Assembly: GCA_943372215.1 (NCBI GenBank)
Contig: CALRXU020000004.1
Coordinates: forward strand, 62,115-126,114
Source: Chitinophaga pinensis
GTDB taxonomy: Bacteria; Bacteroidota; Bacteroidia; UKL13-3
Reading direction: 5' to 3'
Length of the DNA: 64,000 nucleotides
Shown here piece by piece: positions 51,028-62,326 of the stretch. The notes under the pieces were generated by a model. The model worked only from the letters and a program-made list of their open reading frames with translations. It was not told where the DNA came from and did not search any database. Both the position numbers and the translations under genes were made by a program. Within the stretch, counting starts at the first letter, position 1. Each line of letters opens with the position of its first letter.

Positions 51028-52890
51028 ATGAGAAGAATATTTCTAGCGATTTTAGCCATAACCATGGTATCCTTAAATGGTATTGCACAAATAAATATTT
51101 GTGCCACAGACCATGCCCATCAGCAATTAAAGCAGCAGTATCCTGCTCTGGCTGCTGAAGAAGAAAGGTCCAATCAACTCACGCGCGAGATGGTGGCACA
51201 ATTAACCAGCCAAAAAGCCATGGGCAAAAAAGCAGGTGTAATTTATATCCCTGTTGTGTTTCATGTAATACATAATGATGGTATGGAAAACATCACCCAA
51301 GCACAAATTATGGATCAAATTCGTATCATTAACGAAGATTTCAGAAAGAAGGCTGGTACAAATGGTGCTGCAAGCTCAAATCCGTTAGCCGTTGATATGG
51401 AATATGAATTCAGGTTGGCGCAGGTTGACCCGAATGGAAACCGCCATGATGGAATTAATAGAGTAAAAAGCACATTAACGGTAGATGCACGCAATAACGT
51501 TAAATCATTGAGCCGTTGGCCAAGTAACAAATACCTGAATATTTGGGTGGTAAAATCTATCGCCTCAAGTTCTGGAAGCGGGGAAGGAACCGTATTGGGA
51601 TATGCACAGTTCCCAATGAGTATGCCATTTCAATCAAGCACTGATGGTATTGTTGTGCGTGCTGACTATGTGGGTACAATACAAACAGGAAATGGGAGTG
51701 GCGCTGGGCGTACATTAACCCATGAAATTGGCCACTGGATTGGATTGTACCATACTTTTCAAGATGGATGTGTAGGTAATACGCAATCAACATGTAATTC
51801 ACAAGGTGATCAGGTGTGTGATACACCACCTGTTCAAGATGCTACTTTCGGTTGTTTAACTTCACGCAACTCTTGCACCAATGATGCTCCTGATAACAAT
51901 GACCAGATTGAAAATTACATGGACTATATGGACGGACGTTGCGCTAATGTTTACACTCCAGGACAAAAGGCACGTTCATTGGCCCTTATGCAACAATATA
52001 GGGCAAACATTTACTCAGTAGCCAATTTGGCTGCGTGTGGTATTAACGCTGATGGAACTTATATTAATGTAAATGCTTCTGCTATTAAGGTCCCTTATAG
52101 CTATGGGTTTGAAGATGCTGATGTTGCAACAGCAGGCTGGAGAATTCAAAATCTGAATAATGGTGCAGGCGCATGGAAAGTAGACCCTGTGGCTTACAGT
52201 GGTAACCAAAGCATGGGATTCCGTAACTTTAATTTAGTGCCAATATTAAACTCAAGAGATGAGTTTTCAACCCCATTACTAGATTTAACAACATTAGAAA
52301 ATGCATTGCTTACCTTTAGGGTAGCCTATGCCAGAAAAAGCACCAGCAGTAATGATGTTTTTGATGTAGGTATTAGTGGGGATTTCGGTAGGACTGAAAC
52401 CAGAATTTTTAGAGGAACTGCCAGTAATATAGAAACTCCCGCAGGCGCTATCACCACATCTTTTGAGCCAACAACTCAAGCAGAATGGCGAACTGTTACA
52501 GTTGATTTGACTCCGTATAAAAATATGAATAATGCGCGTATTCGGTTTGAGTTTGCTAATAGAAAAGGAAACAATATCTATGTAGACGATTTTAGCATCA
52601 CCTCTTTTACCGGACTTGGCGAGAGTATTAAAAAAGATTTGGCATTTAGCGTATTCCCTAATCCAATGAACGAATATGCAAGCGCTACTTTTGAGCTTAA
52701 ACAACAATTAAATATCAATATGTACGTTACCGATTTATTGGGTAAAAAGATAAAATCAGTATGGGGTGGTGAATTACAAGCGGGTAGCCATACCATAAAC
52801 ATTGATAAGTCTAACCTTAATCCAGGGATATACCTCATTCAGGTTGAAACCTCAAATGGGTCATTTGCACATAAACTTGTGGTTAATTAA
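51028..52890 (+). CDS. M43 (pappalysin/ulilysin-like) zinc metalloprotease with T9SS type A sorting domain
   Basis: Signal peptide, CATD cysteine switch, HEIGHWIGLYH, NYMDY Met-turn and C-terminal VFPNP...GIYLI...KLVVN. Confidence 0.92.
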   Translation: MRRIFLAILAITMVSLNGIAQINICATDHAHQQLKQQYPALAAEEERSNQLTREMVAQLTSQKAMGKKAGVIYIPVVFHVIHNDGMENITQAQIMDQIRIINEDFRKKAGTNGAASSNPLAVDMEYEFRLAQVDPNGNRHDGINRVKSTLTVDARNNVKSLSRWPSNKYLNIWVVKSIASSSGSGEGTVLGYAQFPMSMPFQSSTDGIVVRADYVGTIQTGNGSGAGRTLTHEIGHWIGLYHTFQDGCVGNTQSTCNSQGDQVCDTPPVQDATFGCLTSRNSCTNDAPDNNDQIENYMDYMDGRCANVYTPGQKARSLALMQQYRANIYSVANLAACGINADGTYINVNASAIKVPYSYGFEDADVATAGWRIQNLNNGAGAWKVDPVAYSGNQSMGFRNFNLVPILNSRDEFSTPLLDLTTLENALLTFRVAYARKSTSSNDVFDVGISGDFGRTETRIFRGTASNIETPAGAITTSFEPTTQAEWRTVTVDLTPYKNMNNARIRFEFANRKGNNIYVDDFSITSFTGLGESIKKDLAFSVFPNPMNEYASATFELKQQLNINMYVTDLLGKKIKSVWGGELQAGSHTINIDKSNLNPGIYLIQVETSNGSFAHKLVVN

Positions 52891-52914
52891 AAAAAAATTG
52901 TAACATGCAACCTC

Positions 52915-52942
52915 AAACAGTGAGCTTTTCTCACTGTTTTTT
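52915..52942 (+). terminator. Intrinsic terminator
   Basis: AAACAGTGAG-CTTTT-CTCACTGTTT followed by Ts. Confidence 0.75.
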
Positions 52943-52971
52943 GTTTTTATAGAAGTTAGTATAATTGCCGT

Positions 52972-55398
52972 ATGACAAAGAACCTGGTGATAGTGGAGTC
53001 TCCTGCGAAAGCAAAAACCATAGAAAAATTCTTAGGTGCTGATTTTACCGTAAAGAGTTGTTATGGACATATTAGAGATTTGGCAAAAGGAGATGAAGCC
53101 ATTAATATTAAAAATAATTTTGAGCCTCATTATGAAGTGCCAGCCGATAAAAAGGCAGTGGTGAGCGAGTTGAAAAAATTAGCGGATCAAAGTGATTTGG
53201 TGTGGTTAGCATCCGATGAGGACCGTGAAGGAGAAGCCATATCATGGCATTTAAGTGAAGTACTTAAACTAAAACCAGAAAACACCAGGCGCATCGTATT
53301 TCATGAGATTACCAAACCTGCAATACTTAAAGCCATTGATAATCCAAGAGGCATAGACTACAATTTGGTAAATGCACAACAAGCCCGCAGGGTGTTGGAT
53401 CGTTTGGTGGGTTTTGAGTTGTCGCCTGTGTTATGGAAAAAAATAAAGGGTAATTTAAGTGCTGGGCGCGTACAATCGGTATCTGTAAGGCTTATTGTTG
53501 AACGTGAGCGCGAAATCAACCAATTTGATTACACCTCGGCTTTTAAAGTATTGGCTGTATTTAACGTTGGTGGCAAACAGATGGAAGCCGAATTGGGCAA
53601 ACGATTTGACACGGAACAAGAGGCTGCTGCATTTCTTGAAAAATGCAAGGATGCCGCTTTTACCATTGGAAACCTGGAAGTAAAGCCGGCTGAAAAAACA
53701 CCTGCACCACCTTTTACCACCTCAACCTTACAACAAGAGGCAAGCAGAAAGTTGGGATACAATGTAAGTGTAACCATGAGCATTGCTCAAAAATTATACG
53801 AGCATGGATTCATTACCTACATGCGTACTGATAGTGTTAATTTAAGTGAGTTGGCCATTGAAGCAGCCAAAAACCACATTGTAAATAATTTTGGAGCAGC
53901 GTATAGCAATCCAAAACGGTACGCTACAAAAAATGATAGCGCTCAAGAAGCGCATGAGGCCATCCGTCCAACCTATTTTGAAAATGCAGAAGTAGAAGGT
54001 ACACCTCAGGAAAAAAGATTATACGATTTAATTTATAAAAGAGCCATTGCTTCGCAAATGAGTAAAGCGCGTATTGAACGCACCATTGCTCAGATAAAAA
54101 TAAGCACCGTTAGTGAAACACTTACAGCAACAGGAGAGGTGTTAAAGTTTGATGGTTTCCTGAAGATGTATCTGGAAAGCTCAGATGATGAAAACGAAAA
54201 TGAAGGCAGTAAAATGTTGCCTCCATTAAGTGTTGGCGAGTCATTAAAACTAATGAAGCTGGATGCCACACAACGCTACACCCGACCTGCCGCAAGGTAT
54301 ACAGAAGCAAGTTTGGTGAAAAAACTGGAGGAGTTGGGAATAGGCAGACCATCTACATATGCACCAACCATAAGCACCATTCAAAAAAGAGGTTATGTGT
54401 TGCGTGAAGACCGCGAAGGAAAAGAAAGAAACTTTACCGTATTAACCTTGGATGATGGCCAGATTAAACGCGAAGTGAAAACGGAAAAGTATGCCAGCGA
54501 AAAAGCGAAACTTTTCCCTAGTGATATCGGAATGATTGTTACCGATTTTTTATCGAAACACTTTGAAAAAATAATGGACTACAACTTTACAGCAAATGTA
54601 GAGAAGGAGTTTGACGAGATTGCCTTGGGGCAAGTGCAATGGAATAAAATGATTGAAAGGTTTTATACCCCATTTCATAAAAATGTTGCAGATACTACAG
54701 AAACAGCAGAAAGGCAAAGTGGCGAAAGAACTCTTGGGGTTGATCCTGTGAGCGGCAAAACTGTTTATGCCAAGGTTGGACGTTTTGGGCCTTATGTGCA
54801 GTTAGGAGAAGGAACTGAAGACGAAAAACCACAGTATGGCAAATTAAGAACAGGCTTGCTAATTGAGACCATCACATTAGAAGAAGCATTGGAGTTGTTT
54901 AAACTTCCACGTGTGGTAGGTGTTTTCGAAGGTAAAGAAGTAAAAGCATCTATTGGTCGGTTTGGGCCATACTTGTTGCACGATTCTAAGTTTATTAGCA
55001 TACCTAAACCAGAAGATGCTTACAGTGTTGATGAGGCAAGAGCAATTGAATTAATTGAAGCCAAGCGGGTAGTGGAAGCCAATAGATTGGTAAAAGCATT
55101 TGCGGAAGACGAAGATTTGAAAATTTTAAATGGCCGATGGGGACCCTACATTGCACACGGCAAGGGCAATTATAAAATTCCTAAAGGTCAAACTGCCGAT
55201 ACATTGACCTTTGAAGAGGTGATGCAAATTGTGGATGCAGATAAAAAGGCCAATCCGGGTAAGGCAGCAGCTGCTGCTAAAAAAACGGCAGCGGCTAAAA
55301 AACAGGCGGCACCTAAAAAAGCTCCTGCTAAAAAAGCAGCAGCAAAAAAAACAGCCGCTAAAAAAGCAGCACCCAAAAAGGCTGCGAAAAAAAAGTAG
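52972..55398 (+). CDS. topA: DNA topoisomerase I
   Basis: VIVESPAKAK, DEDREGE, SAGRVQS, ITYMRTDS, GR[FW]GPY repeats and a Lys/Ala-rich tail. Confidence 0.97.
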   Translation: MTKNLVIVESPAKAKTIEKFLGADFTVKSCYGHIRDLAKGDEAINIKNNFEPHYEVPADKKAVVSELKKLADQSDLVWLASDEDREGEAISWHLSEVLKLKPENTRRIVFHEITKPAILKAIDNPRGIDYNLVNAQQARRVLDRLVGFELSPVLWKKIKGNLSAGRVQSVSVRLIVEREREINQFDYTSAFKVLAVFNVGGKQMEAELGKRFDTEQEAAAFLEKCKDAAFTIGNLEVKPAEKTPAPPFTTSTLQQEASRKLGYNVSVTMSIAQKLYEHGFITYMRTDSVNLSELAIEAAKNHIVNNFGAAYSNPKRYATKNDSAQEAHEAIRPTYFENAEVEGTPQEKRLYDLIYKRAIASQMSKARIERTIAQIKISTVSETLTATGEVLKFDGFLKMYLESSDDENENEGSKMLPPLSVGESLKLMKLDATQRYTRPAARYTEASLVKKLEELGIGRPSTYAPTISTIQKRGYVLREDREGKERNFTVLTLDDGQIKREVKTEKYASEKAKLFPSDIGMIVTDFLSKHFEKIMDYNFTANVEKEFDEIALGQVQWNKMIERFYTPFHKNVADTTETAERQSGERTLGVDPVSGKTVYAKVGRFGPYVQLGEGTEDEKPQYGKLRTGLLIETITLEEALELFKLPRVVGVFEGKEVKASIGRFGPYLLHDSKFISIPKPEDAYSVDEARAIELIEAKRVVEANRLVKAFAEDEDLKILNGRWGPYIAHGKGNYKIPKGQTADTLTFEEVMQIVDADKKANPGKAAAAAKKTAAAKKQAAPKKAPAKKAAAKKTAAKKAAPKKAAKKK

Positions 55399-55401
55399 CC
55401 C

Positions 55402-56343
55402 ATGTTAAGTGATAAGGAAATAAAATCCCTGATAACCTTGTTGGATGATGAAGATGAGGAGGTGCTCTCCCACGTAAAAGAAAAACTCATCTCATTAGGT
55501 CAGGCGGTTATTCCCATATTGGAAAGTGAAATTAAAGCCTTACCAAACCAGCTTCAACAAGCACAAGTTGCACAAATTGTGGGGGTAATACGCTATCAGC
55601 AGTTGATTGCAGAACTCACTACCTGGTATCAATCAAGCGAACACGATTTATTAGGGGGAGTTTGTATCATTGCCAGATACCGTTATCCGCATCTTGACCA
55701 AAAAGAAGTCCTTAACCAAATTGACCAAATCAGGCTGGATATTTGGCTTGAGATGCACTATGATTTAAGTCCGTACGAAAAAGTACGCATCATCAACCAT
55801 GCCTTGTATACCCATTTTGGGTTTAGGGGCAATACAGATAACTACCATGCGCCAGAAAATTCATTTATCAATGATGTACTGGAAAATAAACGTGGTAACC
55901 CAATTATGCTGGCTGTTGTTTACATGTTATTGGCCCAGCGACTCCACCTTCCGGTGTTTGGAGTAAACCTCCCTCAACATTTTGTATGTGCCTATAAAGA
56001 AGAAAACCCACAGCAACTCATTCACGACCCTTATAATTTAACAACCCAACTTAATTACAAGCAAGGCAGGGTGTTGTTTTACATCAACGCATTTAATAAT
56101 GGGGCAGTTTTTAGTAAAGCCAATCTGGAGCAATTTTTACGCCAACTTAGAATTGAACAACGGCCTGATTATTTTGAACCTTGTAGCAATTTGGATATTG
56201 TTAAAAGAATCTTGAGAAATTTGGTGGTTTCTTACGAAAAAACAGGCTTGCCCAATGAGGCGGATGATATAAAAAGATTGTTGCTGGTATTGGGTGAGAA
56301 TTACTTCAGTTACAATGAAGAAGCACCACCTGAGGAAGATTAA
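55402..56343 (+). CDS. Transglutaminase-like (SirB1/Transglut_core2) domain protein
   Basis: LITLLDDED, FRGN..NY, NSFINDVL..KRGNPI and GVNLPQHF motifs. Confidence 0.85.
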   Translation: MLSDKEIKSLITLLDDEDEEVLSHVKEKLISLGQAVIPILESEIKALPNQLQQAQVAQIVGVIRYQQLIAELTTWYQSSEHDLLGGVCIIARYRYPHLDQKEVLNQIDQIRLDIWLEMHYDLSPYEKVRIINHALYTHFGFRGNTDNYHAPENSFINDVLENKRGNPIMLAVVYMLLAQRLHLPVFGVNLPQHFVCAYKEENPQQLIHDPYNLTTQLNYKQGRVLFYINAFNNGAVFSKANLEQFLRQLRIEQRPDYFEPCSNLDIVKRILRNLVVSYEKTGLPNEADDIKRLLLVLGENYFSYNEEAPPEED

Positions 56344-56435
56344 GGCACTTTTAAGTAGGTTTACCAACAATAAATAGCCATCCTCTTACAAACCAAATAT
56401 TTTAGCTAACTTCGCGCCTCAAAAAAAAACAGTAG

Positions 56436-58073
<1,638 letters not shown>

Positions 58074-58178
58074 GCTAAATGAAGTCGAATTAAAAAGTGA
58101 TTAATTATTGAATGTGTGGGCTTCGAATGGATTTTTTAGCCCACTATTATTATCTTAGCGGTCGAAAAAGCAAAACCA

Positions 58179-58616
58179 ATGCCCGATATAAATAAGGAGT
58201 ATTTAGCAATAGGAGTGCTGACAGCAGGAATTCTTTACCTATTGGTAATGTATATTTTACAGCGCTTAAAGTCAGCCCAACATCAAAAAGCCATTGCTGC
58301 TGCAAAAGCCGCCTACGATAATGTAAAGCACGCCCAGCAAGAGGAGAAGGAAAAAATAGTAGAATCTATCATATCTGTTTATGGTTATGAAAGTGGTAAA
58401 AAAGTGAGAAACGGAGAGCTGTGGGTGGGAATGCCAATGCACTTGTTACTGCTGGCTAAAGGCAAGGCCAATAGCATTAAACAAAGTGTGGACACCAATG
58501 CAATTACCCAAACTTGGGTTTACAACAATGACGAATCTAAGAAGGGAGCATCTAGGGCAGAGATTGAGGTGATCATACAAAACAATGAAGTGCAAAGCTG
58601 GAAACAAGCGGTATAA
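58179..58616 (+). CDS. Membrane-anchored hypothetical protein
   Basis: N-terminal TM, coiled segment and YG...G.LWVGM...G.......TWVY domain. Confidence 0.7.
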   Translation: MPDINKEYLAIGVLTAGILYLLVMYILQRLKSAQHQKAIAAAKAAYDNVKHAQQEEKEKIVESIISVYGYESGKKVRNGELWVGMPMHLLLLAKGKANSIKQSVDTNAITQTWVYNNDESKKGASRAEIEVIIQNNEVQSWKQAV

Positions 58617-58645
58617 TTAGTTAATACATCAAAATATAACCTTTA

Positions 58646-59377
58646 ATGGCATTTAAAAATTATTACGAGGTATTAGGAGTACCAAATTTTGCTACCAATC
58701 ATGAAGTGCGAGAGGGCTACAGGGTTATGGCAGCAAAATACAATTCAGACACCAACTTAATTAATGAGTATAAAGAGGAGTTATTGAAAGATGTAAACGA
58801 AGCCATTGATGTGCTTTCGAATGTTGAGAAGAAAAGAGAGTTTGATAAGACTTTGCGTGCGCTGGAAGAATCTATGAAAGGAAGTTTACGGGAGCACTTG
58901 CAGAAGGAACAAAAAAACACGCCCGAGGTTGAACACATTATTGAAATGATTCACAAATACTTTGATAAAGACAAGGTATTGAGAGAAAAATACGAGAACC
59001 TATTATCAGCTAAATCACGCACCCCGGGTACTTACTTCTCCTCCGTTAAAGTAATTTTTGTATTGATTATTTTTGGAATAACAGCTTATTTTTATAACCC
59101 CGCCTGGTTTAATTTTATCAAAGGCACTGATCCTGAAGAAAGACGGTTTTATGAGTGGGTAACCATTGATGAAACCGCCATTTATGCCAAGTCAAATTTA
59201 AAGTCAAAAATTATTTATACTGTTCCTAAAGGTTTTGGTTTTAATACCATTTCAGAAACGGTTCATTTTTATAAAGTAGCTTATACCGATAGTACCGGGC
59301 GCAGCGGCTCTGGTTTTGTACGTAAAAAGTTTCTCGAAAAAAGCGATGAGCTAAATCTTCCAGCTTCTGTCGATTAG
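58646..59377 (+). CDS. J-domain-like membrane protein lacking HPD, with C-terminal SH3b-like region
   Basis: NYYEVLGV...YR.MA.KYNSD...VNEAIDVLS...KREFD; TM VKVIFVLIIFGITAYFY; YKVAY...SGFVRK. Confidence 0.72.
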   Translation: MAFKNYYEVLGVPNFATNHEVREGYRVMAAKYNSDTNLINEYKEELLKDVNEAIDVLSNVEKKREFDKTLRALEESMKGSLREHLQKEQKNTPEVEHIIEMIHKYFDKDKVLREKYENLLSAKSRTPGTYFSSVKVIFVLIIFGITAYFYNPAWFNFIKGTDPEERRFYEWVTIDETAIYAKSNLKSKIIYTVPKGFGFNTISETVHFYKVAYTDSTGRSGSGFVRKKFLEKSDELNLPASVD

Positions 59378-59381
59378 GTAA

Positions 59382-60068
59382 TTACCAAGTAGCAGAACGC
59401 AAATCAGCTTCTTTTACCTCACCTTGTGCACACCTTAATATCCTACCCGGATACTTTTGAATAATGCGATAATCATGTGTAGCCATTAAAATAGATGTGC
59501 CTTGTTTGGCAATGCTTTGCAACAAGTCCATAATGTCATCGCTTACCTTGGGGTCAAGGTTTCCGGTGGGTTCATCAGCTAAAATAATTTCTGGTTCATT
59601 TAGCAAGGCCCTTGCTATTACTACACGTTGTTGCTCCCCTCCGCTAATTTCATGTGGCATTTTAAACCCTTTGGTTGATAAGCCAACCAAATCCAACACC
59701 TGGCTAATGCGGCTTTTTATTTTACTTTCGTCATTCCAGCCAGTTGCTTTAAGCACAAACGCAAGGTTTTGGTAAACGGTTCGGTCCGTTAACAATTGAA
59801 AGTCCTGAAACACAATGCCCAGTTTTCTGCGCAAAAATGGAATGTCCTTAGGTTTTATTTTACTCAAATCAAATCCGGCAATATGCCCTTGGCCTTTCTC
59901 CAGCAAAATTTCGCCATAAAGCGTTTTAAGTAAACTGCTTTTACCTGAACCTGTTTGCCCGATTAGGTATACAAATTCCCCCTTTTTAATGGTAACATCC
60001 ACATCGCTTAATATCAGGTTGTGGTGTTGAAAAACCTGTACGTCAATCAATTCTATTACTGTTTCCAT
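59382..60068 (-). CDS. ftsE: FtsE-like ABC ATP-binding protein
   Basis: GQTGSGKS, LRRKLGIVFQDFQLL, ISGGEQQR and ADEPTGNLD motifs; start 60068 or 60083. Confidence 0.85.
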   Translation of the reverse strand: METVIELIDVQVFQHHNLILSDVDVTIKKGEFVYLIGQTGSGKSSLLKTLYGEILLEKGQGHIAGFDLSKIKPKDIPFLRRKLGIVFQDFQLLTDRTVYQNLAFVLKATGWNDESKIKSRISQVLDLVGLSTKGFKMPHEISGGEQQRVVIARALLNEPEIILADEPTGNLDPKVSDDIMDLLQSIAKQGTSILMATHDYRIIQKYPGRILRCAQGEVKEADLRSATW

Positions 60069-60076
60069 AGTTGTAT

Positions 60077-60280
60077 TTACCAATCCATTTTATGCATTTT
60101 ACCAAAGGGTATCTCGTTCAATGTTTTAAGTATATCGGCTGTTTTATCAGTAAGGCCGCACTTTTCTAAAGCCCTTTCGGGCCTGTCAGTTCTAAAATAG
60201 GCAATCAGGGTAAAATTATCATCCCTAAGCTGAACGTAGTCAGGTATTTTGGCCTTACCTTTTATTTTTATAATGTACAA
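60077..60280 (-). CDS. Small conserved hypothetical protein (67 aa)
   Basis: MYIIKIKGKAKIPDYVQLRDDNFTLIAYFR; directly upstream of the ftsE-like gene. Confidence 0.75.
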   Translation of the reverse strand: MYIIKIKGKAKIPDYVQLRDDNFTLIAYFRTDRPERALEKCGLTDKTADILKTLNEIPFGKMHKMDW

Positions 60281-60367
60281 ATGAAGCGTATTTTTAAAGA
60301 GTTAAAATTTTTGCAATAAAATTAATCAAATCAACTTATTATTGCACTTGCAAAAATATAAAAAAAC

Positions 60368-62128
60368 ATGAGACTACTTAAACAGGTTTTCTACTCTTCT
60401 TCTCTACTTGTTGCAATGGCAATAATTAATTCAGGTTGTAGTGTAAAAACAAACATGGGCAATAACAATTACACCGTTACCCCAAACCCGCTTGAATTAA
60501 AGGGCGATTCAGTTACCATTACGATGAGTGCAACTATTCCAGCCAAGTCATTTAATCCAAAGGCAAATGTACAATTTCAGCCAGTGTTAAAGACAGCTAA
60601 AGGGGATGTAACCTTAAAGGCAATTACTTTAGGTGGAGAAAAAGTTACAGAAGCTGTTGATTTTAAAATAGACTCTAAAACTGGTGGAAGAATCACTTAC
60701 ACTGAAAAAATTCCTTATAACTCGGATTTGAAACGTGCTACATTGTACCCAACGTTTGCCGTTAAAATCAAAGGAAACTATCAGGCACTTGAAGAATTAA
60801 AAGGCGTGAAGTTTAGCGATAAAGTTTTGGCAGAAGGTACAATTACCACTGTGTTAATGGCTAAAGCAGTAGAACAACCAGTATTTGATATCACTGATTA
60901 TACTGCTACTTACAGCAATAAATCGGTAAATATTTACTTCCCATTAGATGTAGATAAGTTTAACCCAAAATACAAAGCTGGAAAAGGCTTAGACAATGCC
61001 AAGCAATTAAAGGCATTAAAAGATTCAGTTAAATCGGATAAAAACTGGGTGGTAAAAGGCTTGGCTATTAACGGCTTTGCTTCCCCTGAAGGTGAATTAT
61101 CACGCAATGATGGTTTATCAAAAGGTCGTGCTACTTCAACTTTTAGCTACCTTAAAAAGGAGTTGAAAAAACTTGGTTTCACCGAAGTAAATGATAGCAA
61201 CCTTTCTATGGGAGCTACATTGGCTGAAGATTGGAATGGTTTGGCTAAATTGGTGAGTGAGTCAAAATTGGCTGGCAAAGCTGATATCGTAAACATCATT
61301 ACCAACAACAATATTGCTGATTTGGAAAAAGAAAGCCTAATCAGAAGAGATCATGCAAAAGCTTGGGAAACCATTAAAAAGGAGTTGTTGCCTAAGCTGC
61401 GTAGAGCTGAGTTAATGGTAAAAGGCCAATCGCCTTTAAAATCAGATAACCAATTGTTGGCCACCACTGATTTGGAAACTTTAACAGATGTGGAATTGTT
61501 GCATTTAGCTGCTATTGGTGATAACAACAAAAAAATGGAAGTATACACCAAGTATGCGGCAAAATATCCAAACGACTGGAAAGGCGCTAATGGACTTGGT
61601 GCATTGTACTTGCTAAATGGTGATTATGCCAATGCTGAAGCCCAATTAAATCAAGCCAACCAATTGTCACCAGAGAATCCTACTGTTTTGGCTAACTTAG
61701 CTGCTACTGTTAGGGCCAATGGCAATACCAAACGCGCAGAAGAGTTAATTAAGCAAGCAGAAGCAAAAGGTGCTGATATGAGCTACCAACGTGGAATGAT
61801 TGCCTTAAAGAAAGGTGACTATGCTGGTGCCGTGAGTAACTTTAACAAATCAGGTAGAAAAGATTTTAACTTTGCCCTTGCACAAGTGCTTAACGGAAAT
61901 GCAACAGGAGCCAAAGCCATTATTGATAATATGAAGCCTGAGGAATTGCAATGGAACCACTACTACCTGCGCGCAGTAATTGGTGCTCGCATGGACAATG
62001 CAGAAGTGTTAACCACCAACTTAACCCGTGCCGTGCAATTAAAAGCAGAAGTTCGCCAAATGGCTAAAGAAGATGTGGAGTTTATTAAATACTTCAGCAA
62101 TCCTGCTTTTGAAGGAGCAATTCGCTAG
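60368..62128 (+). CDS. Lipoprotein with OmpA-like segment and C-terminal TPR repeats
   Basis: Lipobox NSGC, GFASPEG..RN..LS..RA and TPR helices (NGLGALYL..GDY..A). Confidence 0.82.
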   Translation: MRLLKQVFYSSSLLVAMAIINSGCSVKTNMGNNNYTVTPNPLELKGDSVTITMSATIPAKSFNPKANVQFQPVLKTAKGDVTLKAITLGGEKVTEAVDFKIDSKTGGRITYTEKIPYNSDLKRATLYPTFAVKIKGNYQALEELKGVKFSDKVLAEGTITTVLMAKAVEQPVFDITDYTATYSNKSVNIYFPLDVDKFNPKYKAGKGLDNAKQLKALKDSVKSDKNWVVKGLAINGFASPEGELSRNDGLSKGRATSTFSYLKKELKKLGFTEVNDSNLSMGATLAEDWNGLAKLVSESKLAGKADIVNIITNNNIADLEKESLIRRDHAKAWETIKKELLPKLRRAELMVKGQSPLKSDNQLLATTDLETLTDVELLHLAAIGDNNKKMEVYTKYAAKYPNDWKGANGLGALYLLNGDYANAEAQLNQANQLSPENPTVLANLAATVRANGNTKRAEELIKQAEAKGADMSYQRGMIALKKGDYAGAVSNFNKSGRKDFNFALAQVLNGNATGAKAIIDNMKPEELQWNHYYLRAVIGARMDNAEVLTTNLTRAVQLKAEVRQMAKEDVEFIKYFSNPAFEGAIR

Positions 62129-62151
62129 TAGCATTACAAAATACGATTACT

Positions 62152-62176
62152 AAAGGGGCTTAGGCCCCTTTTTTTA
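62152..62176 (+). terminator. Intrinsic terminator
   Basis: AAAGGGGC-TTAG-GCCCCTTT followed by a T-tract. Confidence 0.85.
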
Positions 62177-62326
62177 TGCGTCAATCTCCTGAAAAAAGGA
62201 CAAATATGGGTTTTACATTTATTTTCTTGACAAATTCGTAATTAATAGTACCTTCGCACCTCGTAAATTTACACTATATTAGGATAAATAGTGCGGTTCT
62301 TACAACATAAAACAAACGTATTCTAA

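Noticed and set aside
55188-55490. Antisense hydrophobic 100-aa ORF
   Set aside because: Shadow of the Lys/Ala repeat tail of topA
62285-62326. preQ1-I riboswitch-like words (GGTTC...ATAAAACAAAC) in the queA leader
   Set aside because: No complementary 3' strand to form P1, and A-rich leaders are normal in Bacteroidota
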